DNA from: an uncultured Candidatus Saccharibacteria bacterium
GTDB taxonomy: Bacteria; Patescibacteriota; CALEFQ01
Length of the DNA stretch: 64,000 nt
Reading direction: 5' to 3'
Assembly: GCA_965230955.1 (NCBI GenBank)
Contig: OZ246404.1
Span: 685,426 to 749,425, forward strand
Below the pieces are notes generated by a model. That model ran no database searches. It worked only from the letters and a program-made list of their open reading frames with translations, and was not told the origin of the DNA. Positions 9,380-18,723 of this stretch are shown here, piece after piece. Within the stretch, counting starts at the first letter, position 1, and each line of letters opens with the position of its first letter. The position numbers and the translations under genes are program-made.

Positions 9380-9948
9380 AAGATTATTATTTTTCCACTC
9401 GATCGCCCGGTCAGACCCAGAGCGTTTCCTTCGTCAGTATCCAAATGAAAAGACATCTGAAAACCCGGCTTAATTCTGACCACGCATTGATCCAACCGTC
9501 CTCCCCGCTCTCCCGCCACTTCCAGCGCTACTAGCTGGTCATTGTTCAAATCAAATTTGGCCGCATCCTCGGGGCCGATATGCAAATGACGCTTGGCGAT
9601 AATCATACCTTCCGACAGATCAACCGTACCGTTCGTGCCGATCAACTTGACCGGCGCCGAACCTTTCACGTTTCCCGATAAACGCAGAGGGACTCGGGCT
9701 TTTAGCGTGCGTGCATCGGTCAGGGAGATTTCAATCTGATCATGTTCGCGACTAGGCCCCAGCACTCGAACCTTTTCTATTTTCCGATCACCCGATTGAA
9801 TGGTCAAAGTAAAATCCGAAGCAAACTCATCCGCCTGGCTCAGCTTCTTATGCGACTGCATTTTCGCCGCCTGACCAAACAGTTTAACCAAAGTCGCTTC
9901 GGTCAAATGCGCGTGACGGGCGGAGATTTCTATGGGAATGGTGACCAT
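9376..9948 (-). CDS. pduL: PduL-type phosphate acyltransferase (phosphotransacetylase function)
   Basis: Duplicated PduL motif IEISARHAHL, about 190 aa, adjacent to the acetate kinase. Confidence 0.75.
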   Translation of the reverse strand: MVTIPIEISARHAHLTEATLVKLFGQAAKMQSHKKLSQADEFASDFTLTIQSGDRKIEKVRVLGPSREHDQIEISLTDARTLKARVPLRLSGNVKGSAPVKLIGTNGTVDLSEGMIIAKRHLHIGPEDAAKFDLNNDQLVALEVAGERGGRLDQCVVRIKPGFQMSFHLDTDEGNALGLTGRSSGKIIIL

Positions 9949-9978
9949 ATTTGGATAAAAATTTATAATATTTGGATT

Positions 9979-10377
9979 TTAGCGATCCCACGGCTTGGCC
10001 TCCGGCTGAAAATCAACTTGGTATGCCGGAATTCCCAAAGAAATTCCGTATTTTTTAGCCTGATCGTATTGCTCCGAGCTGGTTCGATCTATCTTGAAAA
10101 CACGTCCACGAAAAACTATATAGTGCCATTGATCATTCTTGAAATCGGCGTACCAATTGTGCCTGGAATCCAATGACCGACTGACGGCTTGCGCTATTGA
10201 CGCGGCTTTTTCTGCCGGGACTTCCACCGTATGCATGGTCCATTGCTTGATCCAAGGAGTTTGGTGTTCCGCGGCCACCTTTTCAACTTCTGTCTTGATT
10301 ATTTTTATGCTGCCCAAGATATCCTTTTTTTCCAAGCTTTCTTCGATGATCACTCCGCGAAAAAAATCATTCAACAT
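9979..10377 (-). CDS. Hypothetical protein
   Basis: ORF in an operon context with no recognisable motif. Confidence 0.45.
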   Translation of the reverse strand: MLNDFFRGVIIEESLEKKDILGSIKIIKTEVEKVAAEHQTPWIKQWTMHTVEVPAEKAASIAQAVSRSLDSRHNWYADFKNDQWHYIVFRGRVFKIDRTSSEQYDQAKKYGISLGIPAYQVDFQPEAKPWDR

Positions 10378-10379
10378 AA

Positions 10380-11366
10380 TTATAATTCCGTTACCATGAT
10401 CTTGTCCAAATGATTCTCGATTTCCTCCAGTTTCATGGCCCCGTCATGAGCGCCCCAGCGGCGCGTGACCGCGCCGGCATTGATCGCCCCCATTTTCAAA
10501 GAGGTGGTAATGTCCTTCCGCATCATCAACCCGCCGACAAAAGTAGCGCCGAAAGTATCACCGGCCCCCGTCGCGTCCACCGACTCAAAGCGGTAGAGCG
10601 GAACCTGATACCAGCGGCGTCCGTCGTAAAGCGAAGTTCCCTCTTTGCCCTGCGTCAGCAAGATATACCGCGGTCCCAGATCGGATAACTTTTTTAGGAT
10701 GGTGCGTAAATCGTTCATTTCTTCTTTATCAGTGATGCGCAACAAACGAACCGCTTCATGATGATTCAGAATCAGCACCTCCACTCTTTTAAGCAAAACC
10801 GCCAGCGCTTCCGGCTCGTTCAGCTGGACCAGTCCCGGATTCCAAGCCAGAGCGACTGTTTTCGGCAACCGGGCTAAATAGTCGATGTCTTCCTGCCAAG
10901 TTGCGCCGGACAAGGCCGAGAGATAAATCCATTCGGACGGGGGTAATCCCCGCTCGGCCAGCCCCAAACTGTCGCTGGCCCCTTTGTAATTAAACGACAA
11001 ATGTTCTTGGCTCATGACATCATGAATCAGAAAAGACAATCCGGTTTGTTGGCCGGAAGCCACTTTTACCAAGGAAGTATCAAGACGGGAATTTACCAGA
11101 TAGCGCACGAGATTTTTACCGCTACTGTCATTTCCCACCTGAACCAGCGGGACGGCGGAACAGCCCAGTTGGGCCAAAACCATCGCCGTATTCACACCGG
11201 CGCCGCCGAATCTGACGCGTAAATTTTCCATCGGGATTTTGTCATCCAGTCCGAAACCCAAAAGCGCCGGAACGCTAACCACCCCCGGCTGTTTAACCAC
11301 TTGCCCGCCGGCAATTTCCCCGAAAAAATCCTGCAAGGCGCTGCCGATTGTAATGATGTCGAACAT
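10380..11366 (-). CDS. PfkB-family carbohydrate kinase. It may be a phosphofructokinase or ribokinase-like enzyme heading the glycolytic cluster.
   Basis: DATGAGDTFGATFV motif and N-terminal GG motifs. Confidence 0.75.
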   Translation of the reverse strand: MFDIITIGSALQDFFGEIAGGQVVKQPGVVSVPALLGFGLDDKIPMENLRVRFGGAGVNTAMVLAQLGCSAVPLVQVGNDSSGKNLVRYLVNSRLDTSLVKVASGQQTGLSFLIHDVMSQEHLSFNYKGASDSLGLAERGLPPSEWIYLSALSGATWQEDIDYLARLPKTVALAWNPGLVQLNEPEALAVLLKRVEVLILNHHEAVRLLRITDKEEMNDLRTILKKLSDLGPRYILLTQGKEGTSLYDGRRWYQVPLYRFESVDATGAGDTFGATFVGGLMMRKDITTSLKMGAINAGAVTRRWGAHDGAMKLEEIENHLDKIMVTEL

Positions 11367-11369
11367 ATA

Positions 11370-11446
11370 TGGTCTTTAGTCGTTAGTCTTTGGTCTTTAG
11401 ATTAATCGAGAAAAGCTAAAGACTAAAGACGAAAGACTAAAAGATC
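11370..11446. repeat. Palindromic heptad-repeat element, family B (TCTTTRG)
   Basis: Sequence tggtctttagtcgttagtctttggtctttag ... ctaaagactaaagacgaaagactaaaag. The right arm overlaps the gpmI stop codon. Confidence 0.7.
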
Positions 11447-13038
11447 AAACTCCGCCCGGTCATGTAGGACGGGCGCTCAATGCCCATCAGCTCTAAAATC
11501 GTCGGCGCGATATCAGTCAGCACGCCTGAAGGCGTCTCGGGTTTGAAGCCGAAATTGACTCCGGGAGGCGAATACTGCCGGCGCTCAAAACCATCGGCCA
11601 CAATGGCAAACGGAATCGGATTGGAGGAATGTTCTTTTTCGATCTCGCCGGTCGCCGGATCGCGCAACTGTTCGGCATTACCGTGATCGGCCGTCACGAT
11701 GACCGCACCGCCGAGAGGCAAAATCGTATCCAGTAAGCGCCCCAAGCAAGCATCGACCGTATTGATCGCCACTTTGGTTGCTTCAATGTTTCCCGTATGG
11801 GCCACCATATCCGGATTGGCGAAATTGACCAAAATAAAATCGTATTGATTTGAGGAAATTTTTTCAATCAGCTGATCCGTCAGGGTGGCCGCACTCATCT
11901 CCGGCGCCTGATCATAAGTATTAACATCGCGCCGCGAATGCACCAGTAAAAATTCTTCCCTGGGGAAAGGCTTATTGCTGCCGCCGTCAAAAAACGACGT
12001 AACATGGGCGAATTTCTCCGTCTCGGCGCCATGAATTTGCTTCAGGCCGTGCTCGCTGATAATTCGCGCGATGGGATACTCTATTTTTTGGGGATGGAAA
12101 GCAATATGTAGCGGCAAATCGACGCCGTAATCATTCATGGCCGCAAAATAAATATTTTTCAACCGCGGCTCATTTTCACCGGTCGAGGAAAATTTATTGA
12201 AGCCGGGCAAAAGAAAAGCTTTGCACATTTCGCGCGCCCGATCGGGGCGATAATTGAAGAAAATTATCGCGTCATTATCTTTGATCGGCTGATAAGGATG
12301 TTCGGGTGAATCAAGAATCACCGGCACGAAATTCTCATCAAAGACATTACGCTGGTAGGAATCGGTAATCGCCGCGGCCGCCGAAGGATATTTCGGTCCA
12401 TGTCCTTTGACCATGGCGTCATAAGCAAATTTTACGCGATCCCAGTGCTCATCGCGATCCATCGCATAAAAACGACCGCTGAGCGAATCAATTTGCCCGA
12501 TTTTCGCCGCTTGCAGTTTATTTTCCAGCTCGGTGATAAATTCCAAGCCGCTTTTCTCCGGAGTATCACGACCGTCCAGCCAGGCGTGGATATAAAGCTG
12601 GCTGACTTCTTTGTCCTTGGCAAAATCGATTAAGGAAAAAAGATGTTCGTTGTATGAGTGAACCTTGCCCGAGCTGACCAATCCCATGATATGCAAGGCG
12701 GAATTGTTTTTTCGGACGTGCTCCACTGCCTGGCGAAACGATTCGTTGCGGAAGAAAGAGCCGTCGCGGATAGCGCTGTTGATTTTGCTCACCTCCTGAT
12801 AGACGGTAAAACCCGCCCCCATATTCATATGGCCGACTTCGGAATTGCCCATCTCGCCCCACTCCAAACCGACAATCTCACCCGAGGCCTGTAAAGTCGT
12901 CGCGTAGTACTCTTTTTCAATCCTGTCCATTATCGGCTTATCCGCCAAAGTAATGCCGTTATAAGATGAAGCCGGAGCGATTCCCCAACCATCTAAAATA
13001 ATCAGCGCGACCGGACGATATTTTTTGTTTAAAGACAT
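11437..13038 (-). CDS. gpmI: 2,3-bisphosphoglycerate-independent phosphoglycerate mutase
   Basis: N-terminus RPVALIILDGWG, about 530 aa. Confidence 0.9.
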   Translation of the reverse strand: MSLNKKYRPVALIILDGWGIAPASSYNGITLADKPIMDRIEKEYYATTLQASGEIVGLEWGEMGNSEVGHMNMGAGFTVYQEVSKINSAIRDGSFFRNESFRQAVEHVRKNNSALHIMGLVSSGKVHSYNEHLFSLIDFAKDKEVSQLYIHAWLDGRDTPEKSGLEFITELENKLQAAKIGQIDSLSGRFYAMDRDEHWDRVKFAYDAMVKGHGPKYPSAAAAITDSYQRNVFDENFVPVILDSPEHPYQPIKDNDAIIFFNYRPDRAREMCKAFLLPGFNKFSSTGENEPRLKNIYFAAMNDYGVDLPLHIAFHPQKIEYPIARIISEHGLKQIHGAETEKFAHVTSFFDGGSNKPFPREEFLLVHSRRDVNTYDQAPEMSAATLTDQLIEKISSNQYDFILVNFANPDMVAHTGNIEATKVAINTVDACLGRLLDTILPLGGAVIVTADHGNAEQLRDPATGEIEKEHSSNPIPFAIVADGFERRQYSPPGVNFGFKPETPSGVLTDIAPTILELMGIERPSYMTGRSLIF

Positions 13039-13046
13039 AGGATGTA

Positions 13047-13105
13047 GAGTCTTTGGTCTTTAGTCTTTGGCTAACGACCAAAGAATAAAAACCGCTGACC
13101 AAAAA
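13047..13105. repeat. Heptad-repeat element, family B
   Basis: Sequence agagtctttggtctttagtctttggctaacgaccaaagaataaaaacc. Confidence 0.6.
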
Positions 13106-13122
13106 ACAAAATCAAAATACTT

Positions 13123-14439
13123 TTACAATCCGCTATATTTCCCCATGCCATCGGCTCGCAATTCATCTTCAATTTCCATCAAACGATTGTATTTGGCGAC
13201 CCGTTCCCCGCGCGAGGGCGCGCCGCTTTTGATCCGGGTGGCATTGACCGCCACCGCCAAATCGGCGATGAAAGTATCGGTGGTCTCGCCGGAACGATGG
13301 GAAACGAAAGCCCGCATTTTGTTTTGGTACGCGAGAGCGATAGTTTCAAAAGTTTCCGAAAGGCTGCCGATCTGATTGACTTTAATCAACACCGTATTGC
13401 AAGCTTTGTTGTCGATCGCCATCTGCACCCGCACCTTATTGGTCACCAAAAAATCATCGCCGACAATCTGGATCTTCGATCCGCAGAGTTCGTTCAGTTT
13501 CTTCCAGCCATTTAAATCATCTTCCGCCAGGCCGTCTTCAACCAAGATCAATTGGTAAGCCTCGATCCATTGTTTCACAAAATCAACCATCTGCTCGGTC
13601 GTCAGAGACTGGTCTTTTTCCTTAAAAGCCATATGATACTGGCCCGACTTGAAAAATTCCGAAGCCGCCATGTCCGCTCCGACACCGACCTGAGAACCAT
13701 ATTTATAGCCCGCGTCGACGATCGCCTTTTTCAAAAGAACCAGCACTTGTTCATCCGGATCCCGGTTCGGCGCACTTTTGGCCTCGAGCGACGGAGCAAA
13801 ACCGCCCTCATTGCCGACATTGGTCGAAGCTTTCAGTTCTTTCAAAATTTTCTCCAAGTGATGGAAAACTTCCGAGCCCATCCGCACCGCCTCCCGAAAA
13901 CTCTCCGCCCCGACCGGGCCGATCATGAATTCCTGGCAGTCAAGATTATTATCGGCGTGCGCCCCGCCATTGATCACGTTGAACATCGGCACCGGCAACA
14001 AATAACCTTCCAGATCGTAATAGTTATCAAATAATTCACGCAGATAGACATAGAGCGGCATTTTGCGTGACTGCGCCGCCGCTTTGGCGCAGGCGAGCGA
14101 GACGGATAAAATCGCGTTGGCACCGAGATTTTTTTTCTGGGGATCGCCGTCCAGCTTGATCATTTCGTGATCCAGCATTTTTTGGTCGAAAACATCGCGT
14201 CCCTGCAAATGATTGGCAATCTTGACATTGACGTTTTCACACGCTTTCAAAACCCCTTTGCCCAAAAATCTTTTTTTATCGCCGTCGCGCAATTCCCAGG
14301 CTTCATGCACGCCGGTTGAGGCGCCCGATGGCACGCCAAATTCACCGCGTGAACCATCTTCGAGCGTCACGACCGTGTTAATCGTCGGTTCGCCGCGAGA
14401 ATCCAAAATCTCTCGCGCTTGGATTGATTTGATATTCAT
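13123..14439 (-). CDS. eno: Enolase
   Basis: N-terminus MNIKSIQAREILDSRGEPT and the enolase signature. Confidence 0.92.
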   Translation of the reverse strand: MNIKSIQAREILDSRGEPTINTVVTLEDGSRGEFGVPSGASTGVHEAWELRDGDKKRFLGKGVLKACENVNVKIANHLQGRDVFDQKMLDHEMIKLDGDPQKKNLGANAILSVSLACAKAAAQSRKMPLYVYLRELFDNYYDLEGYLLPVPMFNVINGGAHADNNLDCQEFMIGPVGAESFREAVRMGSEVFHHLEKILKELKASTNVGNEGGFAPSLEAKSAPNRDPDEQVLVLLKKAIVDAGYKYGSQVGVGADMAASEFFKSGQYHMAFKEKDQSLTTEQMVDFVKQWIEAYQLILVEDGLAEDDLNGWKKLNELCGSKIQIVGDDFLVTNKVRVQMAIDNKACNTVLIKVNQIGSLSETFETIALAYQNKMRAFVSHRSGETTDTFIADLAVAVNATRIKSGAPSRGERVAKYNRLMEIEDELRADGMGKYSGL

Positions 14440-14444
14440 GAAAG

Positions 14445-14506
14445 TTGTCTTTAGTCGTTAGTCTTTAGTCTTGGGCTAACGACCAAAGACTAAAGACCAA
14501 AGACTT
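14445..14506. repeat. Palindromic heptad-repeat element, family B
   Basis: Sequence gtctttagtcgttagtctttagtcttgggctaacgaccaaagactaaagaccaaagac. Confidence 0.7.
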
Positions 14507-14509
14507 TAA

Positions 14510-15697
14510 TTATCCCTTATCCAAAGCATCTATCGCCACCAAATGCCCGTCGGCCAGGAAATCCAGCATGGCTCCCCCGCCGGTAGACACAAAACTGAGC
14601 TTATCTTTTACTTTCATTTCATCCAGGAAATCGACAGTCTCACCGCCGCCGACAACGGTATGCGCCTTTGTCGCCGCCAGCGCTTCCACGATTCCCTTGG
14701 TCCCGGCCCGAAAATGCATATGTTCGAAATAACCCATCGGACCGTTCCACAAAACCAGCTGGGATTTAGCGATTATTTCTGAATACCGTTTGACAGTGCG
14801 TGGTCCAATATCATAAATAATGTCATCCGTCCCAATCTCTCTAACCGCGCAGGTTCTGGCATCACGCGGCTTCGCTTGCGGTTCGTCTTTTTCCAGTTCC
14901 CGGGAAACCGCCACATCGACCGGAATCAGTAATTTTGCATCGGTAATTTTCGGCACCAGCGTCACCGCCTCGCTCAAAGCCCGACCGCTCACTTTCGACG
15001 CGCCGACCGGCGCTCCGCTGGCCTTCAGTAACGTGTTCGCTATTTCGCCACCGATCAGAACATGATCGGCCTGCTGGACGAATATTTTCAGCAATTTCAG
15101 CTTGGTCTCCAATTTCGCGCCGCCCAGGATAAAAGTAAAAGGGTGCGGCGGATCCGTGCGCACCGCGCTCAATTCGCGGACTTCTTTGTCCAGCAACAAT
15201 CCGGCCGCTCCGGGCAGATATTTCAGAATTCCGGTCATGCTGGCATGCTCGCGATGACAATTGGCGAAAGCATCGTTGACATAAAATTCACCGTTTCGCG
15301 CCAGTTCTTTTGCGAAAGCGTCGTCATTTTTTTCTTCTTCCGGATGAAATCGAAGATTTTCCAGAAAATAAATATTGTTCTCTCGATTGCCGAGGGCCGA
15401 ACGCACGGGCTCTCCGATACAATCGTCAAGTTTGGTCACCGGCTGCCCGATTAATCGTTCCAACCGACGAGCGACTCCCGTGGTACGATACTTCTCCACC
15501 ACTTGCCCCTCCGGACGCCCGACATGTGTCATCAAAATCAAAGTACAGTTTTGCGAAAGCAAATATTTCAGGGTCGGGATTGTCGAGCGGATCCGATAAT
15601 CATCTTGGGGATTCCCTTGAGAATCCAGCGGTTCATTAAAATCCACGCGCACCAATATGCGCTTTCCTTTTAAATCGAAGTCCTTGATCGTTTTCAT
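14510..15697 (-). CDS. pgk: Phosphoglycerate kinase
   Basis: N-terminus KRILVRVDFN, with conserved PGK domains. Confidence 0.9.
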   Translation of the reverse strand: MKTIKDFDLKGKRILVRVDFNEPLDSQGNPQDDYRIRSTIPTLKYLLSQNCTLILMTHVGRPEGQVVEKYRTTGVARRLERLIGQPVTKLDDCIGEPVRSALGNRENNIYFLENLRFHPEEEKNDDAFAKELARNGEFYVNDAFANCHREHASMTGILKYLPGAAGLLLDKEVRELSAVRTDPPHPFTFILGGAKLETKLKLLKIFVQQADHVLIGGEIANTLLKASGAPVGASKVSGRALSEAVTLVPKITDAKLLIPVDVAVSRELEKDEPQAKPRDARTCAVREIGTDDIIYDIGPRTVKRYSEIIAKSQLVLWNGPMGYFEHMHFRAGTKGIVEALAATKAHTVVGGGETVDFLDEMKVKDKLSFVSTGGGAMLDFLADGHLVAIDALDKG

Positions 15698-15698
15698 T

Positions 15699-15732
15699 AT
15701 TGTTACTTGTTCCGTGTTACTTGTTACTTATC
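15699..15732. repeat. Heptad tandem array, family C (TGTTACT). It is a half-element that overlaps the gap 3' end.
   Basis: Sequence tgttacttgttccgtgttacttgttactta. It encodes the C-terminal ...ISNK of GAPDH. Confidence 0.55.
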
Positions 15733-16751
15733 TTTTCCGCCATCTCCACCAATCGGACCGAATAAGCCCATTCGTTATCATACCAGGCCACGACTTTAGC
15801 CAGATTTCCGCCAACCACTTTGGTAAAAGGCAGGTCGACGATTGACGATTCGGTCGATCCGATGATATCGGAAGAAACAATATCATCATCCGAAACGGCG
15901 AGGATGCCTTTCATTTTTCCCTGAGACGCCGCCGTCAGCTTGGCGTTAATTTCCTCTACGGTCGTATCTTTTTTCAGAACCATGGTGATGTCGGCAATCG
16001 AACCGCAGATGACCGGAACACGAATCGCCGTCCCGTCAAAAATTCCTTTCAATTCCGGAATCGCTTTCGTCGTCGCAATCGCCGCGCCGGTACTCGAAGG
16101 AGCGCTATTGGCCGCGCCGGCCCGTCCCCGACGATGGTCTTTTTTGTCCGGCCCATCAACCAATAATTGAGTCGCCGTGTAAGCGTGGGTCGTCACCATC
16201 ATTGATTTGGCCACGCCGAATTCATCGCACATAACCTTCATGACCGGAGCAATGCAGTTCGTCGTACACGAAGCGTTGTCGATGATTTTTTCGCCCCGGT
16301 ACTCTTCGTCATTTACTCCTCGGATATAAGTCGGCACCGGGTCTTTTTCATTGGAAGGCGCGGACAACAAAACTTTTTTAGCTCCGGCTTTTAGATGCAA
16401 ATCCATGTCGGCCGCTTTGGTAAAAACACCGGTGCATTCCAGAACCACATCAACCCCGAGTCTACCCCAAGGCAGTAGAGCGGGATCTTTTTCGCGGAGC
16501 ACTTTAATTTTTTTGCCGTCGATGACCAGATTATCCCCGTCCACTTTGACCGACTTGTCATATCGGCCATAAACCGTGTCGAAACGCATCAGATAAGCCA
16601 GGGCCTCTATATCCCCCAGATCATTAATAGCCACAATCTCCAGATTTTTTTTGGCGAAAATTATTTTGCAGGCGGCCCGGCCGATCCGGCCGAAGCCATT
16701 GATCGCGATCTTTAGCATAAAATTACAATTAAGCGATAAGTCAAAAGTCAA
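15717..16751 (-). CDS. gap: Glyceraldehyde-3-phosphate dehydrogenase
   Basis: N-terminus INGFGRIGR and catalytic SCTTNC. Confidence 0.92.
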   Translation of the reverse strand: MTFDLSLNCNFMLKIAINGFGRIGRAACKIIFAKKNLEIVAINDLGDIEALAYLMRFDTVYGRYDKSVKVDGDNLVIDGKKIKVLREKDPALLPWGRLGVDVVLECTGVFTKAADMDLHLKAGAKKVLLSAPSNEKDPVPTYIRGVNDEEYRGEKIIDNASCTTNCIAPVMKVMCDEFGVAKSMMVTTHAYTATQLLVDGPDKKDHRRGRAGAANSAPSSTGAAIATTKAIPELKGIFDGTAIRVPVICGSIADITMVLKKDTTVEEINAKLTAASQGKMKGILAVSDDDIVSSDIIGSTESSIVDLPFTKVVGGNLAKVVAWYDNEWAYSVRLVEMAEKISNK

Positions 16752-16800
16752 AGGTCAAAAGTAAAAAGTGCCAGACTTTTGACTTTTGATTTTTGACCTG
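16738..16800. repeat. Palindromic heptad-repeat element, family A
   Basis: Sequence agtcaaaagtcaaaggtcaaaagtaaaaagtgccagacttttgacttttgatttttgacc. It is followed by the GC palindrome cctgcctgccggcaggcagg (16797-16816). Confidence 0.7.
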
Positions 16801-16817
16801 CCTGCCGGCAGGCAGGC

Positions 16818-17687
16818 TTAGATAATATGCCCGTCCGCTTTTCCGGAAACTCCGAATTCATCCATCTTTTCTTCGACCACCGCCGCCACCGCCCGCCGGC
16901 ACGGAGCAATCAAGACGCGCGGGTCGAGCTCGGTCGGCTTCGCCTGAATGGTCTTTTTGAGCATCAAGGTAAAGGCTTGCCGTAATTCCGAATCGATATT
17001 GACATCATTAATACCGCCGGCGATGAGACGTTTGATATCTTCGGCCTTGATCCCCGATCCGCCATGCAGGACTAAAGGAATATCAATCGCATTACGTAAC
17101 TGTTTCAACAAATCATAGTGCAAAGAGGCCTCAAATAAACCATGGCAGTTTCCGATCGAAATGGCCAGAGTGTCCACTCCGGTCTCGGCCACAAACCGAA
17201 TCGCTTCATTTACGTCAGTCAATGCGCCTTTAATCACTCGGGTTTTTTCGGCCGTGGAATGAACCCCGGGAATGCGCCCGACTTCGCCCTGCACAATGAC
17301 ATTTCGACTGTGCGCATATTCGACAATTTGCTTGGTCAACATAATGTTTTCATCAATCGCCAGGCTCGAGCCGTCAATCTGAACCGAGGTAAAACCGGCG
17401 TTGATCGTTTCCACCACCGAGTGGAATTTTTTACCGTGATCAAGATGCAACGCCACCGGAACGGTCACCGCTTCGTTTTTGGCGATAGTGCTCACGATAT
17501 GTGTTATCGGTTTGAGGCCGGCATACTCGATTGTGCCTTCGGAAACCATAATAATCACCGGGGCGTTTTTATTACTGGCCGCGTCGACGATGCCCTGGGT
17601 AACTTCCAGATTGTAAGTATTAAAAGAACCGACCGCGTACGAGCGTTGAAAAGCGTCTTTAATCAGGTCTTTGGCGTGAGCGAGCAT
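16818..17687 (-). CDS. fba: Class II fructose-bisphosphate aldolase
   Basis: Class II aldolase family with an HLDHG motif. Confidence 0.85.
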   Translation of the reverse strand: MLAHAKDLIKDAFQRSYAVGSFNTYNLEVTQGIVDAASNKNAPVIIMVSEGTIEYAGLKPITHIVSTIAKNEAVTVPVALHLDHGKKFHSVVETINAGFTSVQIDGSSLAIDENIMLTKQIVEYAHSRNVIVQGEVGRIPGVHSTAEKTRVIKGALTDVNEAIRFVAETGVDTLAISIGNCHGLFEASLHYDLLKQLRNAIDIPLVLHGGSGIKAEDIKRLIAGGINDVNIDSELRQAFTLMLKKTIQAKPTELDPRVLIAPCRRAVAAVVEEKMDEFGVSGKADGHII

Positions 17688-17692
17688 AGAAT

Positions 17693-17725
17693 TAAGTCAA
17701 AAGTCAAAAATAAAAAGTCAAAATT
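17693..17725. repeat. Heptad tandem array, family A (one arm only)
   Basis: Sequence aagtcaaaagtcaaaaataaaaagtcaaaa. Confidence 0.5.
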
Positions 17726-17728
17726 GCA

Positions 17729-17962
17729 TTAGGATGCGCCCAGGTATTCAAAGCGGGGAATTTTTTTTCCGTCTTTTTCAACCGTTTCCATAAACATCTT
17801 TTTCGGCCGAGCCCAGAGCGCCCCGCGACCGTATTTGGGCTGATCGTAAAGAGCGCGATAAAAAACCAGTTCTTCCAGGGTTTCCGAATGATGCCCCACG
17901 CCGATAACTTCGTATTCATTTCCTTTGTAATGCCGATAGCGGCCGATCTTAACCTCGTCCAT
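17729..17962 (-). CDS. DUF1653-family small protein
   Basis: Motif YRHYKGNEYEVIG...HSET...VFYRALY. Confidence 0.6.
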   Translation of the reverse strand: MDEVKIGRYRHYKGNEYEVIGVGHHSETLEELVFYRALYDQPKYGRGALWARPKKMFMETVEKDGKKIPRFEYLGAS

Positions 17963-18719
17963 AATAATTAGCCGTTTGTTTTATGATCGAAGCGAATTCT
18001 TTCGGTTCCAGGCTCGCCCCGCCGACTAAAAATCCTTGATTATCTGGCAACGAAAAGAATTGAATGATATTTTTGCTATCGACGCTGCCGCCGTAAAGCA
18101 GACGGCCGGGCAAACGGTGCCGAGCCAGGCACTGCTTGATAACGGCATAAGCCGACCGGACATCCTCCGCCGTCGCCGGCGACCGACTCCCCACCGTTCC
18201 CGTCCCGATCGCCCAGACCGGCTCATACGCGACCAAGAGCGACGATATCTGATTGGCGGAAAATCCATCAAGCGCAATTTTGATCTGCTCGCCCAAAACC
18301 CATTCGGTTTTATGTTCGGCCTTTTCCTTGGCTTGCTCACCGACGCATAAAACCGGCGTCAATTCATGCCGCCAAGCCGCCTCAAGTTTTTTATGAATCA
18401 TGGCGTCCGTCTCGCCCATTTTCCAGCGGCGTTCCGAATGACCGACCAAAACATACTGACAACCGGCTTCACGAAGCATTCCGCCGGAAATCTCGCCGGT
18501 GTAAGTCCCGTCATCGGCCCAGTGCAGATTTTGGGCGCCTAAAATAAGGCCGTCTTTGTTCCGGCCGACCTCATCCAAAGAAGTGTAAGGAGGACAAACC
18601 ACAATCTCGGTTTTTTCCTTCGGGACATGAGCCATTTCGGATTTCAAAGCCGCCAGCCAGGTTTGGCTTTCGGCAATGGTCTTGTTCATTTTCCAATTGG
18701 CGATGATAACCGGTTTCAT
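17949..18719 (-). CDS. tpiA: Triosephosphate isomerase
   Basis: Motifs IIANWKMN and VGHSERR. I trimmed the start to MKPVIIANWKMN, which removes the overlap with galT. Confidence 0.9.
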   Translation of the reverse strand: MKPVIIANWKMNKTIAESQTWLAALKSEMAHVPKEKTEIVVCPPYTSLDEVGRNKDGLILGAQNLHWADDGTYTGEISGGMLREAGCQYVLVGHSERRWKMGETDAMIHKKLEAAWRHELTPVLCVGEQAKEKAEHKTEWVLGEQIKIALDGFSANQISSLLVAYEPVWAIGTGTVGSRSPATAEDVRSAYAVIKQCLARHRLPGRLLYGGSVDSKNIIQFFSLPDNQGFLVGGASLEPKEFASIIKQTANYYGRG

Positions 18720-18723
18720 AAAA

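Noticed and set aside
18026-18350. Track ORFs 18026..18340(-) and 18036..18350(+), Arg-rich
   Set aside because: They are fully embedded in tpiA in other frames. Their composition is driven by the GC-rich codons of tpiA.
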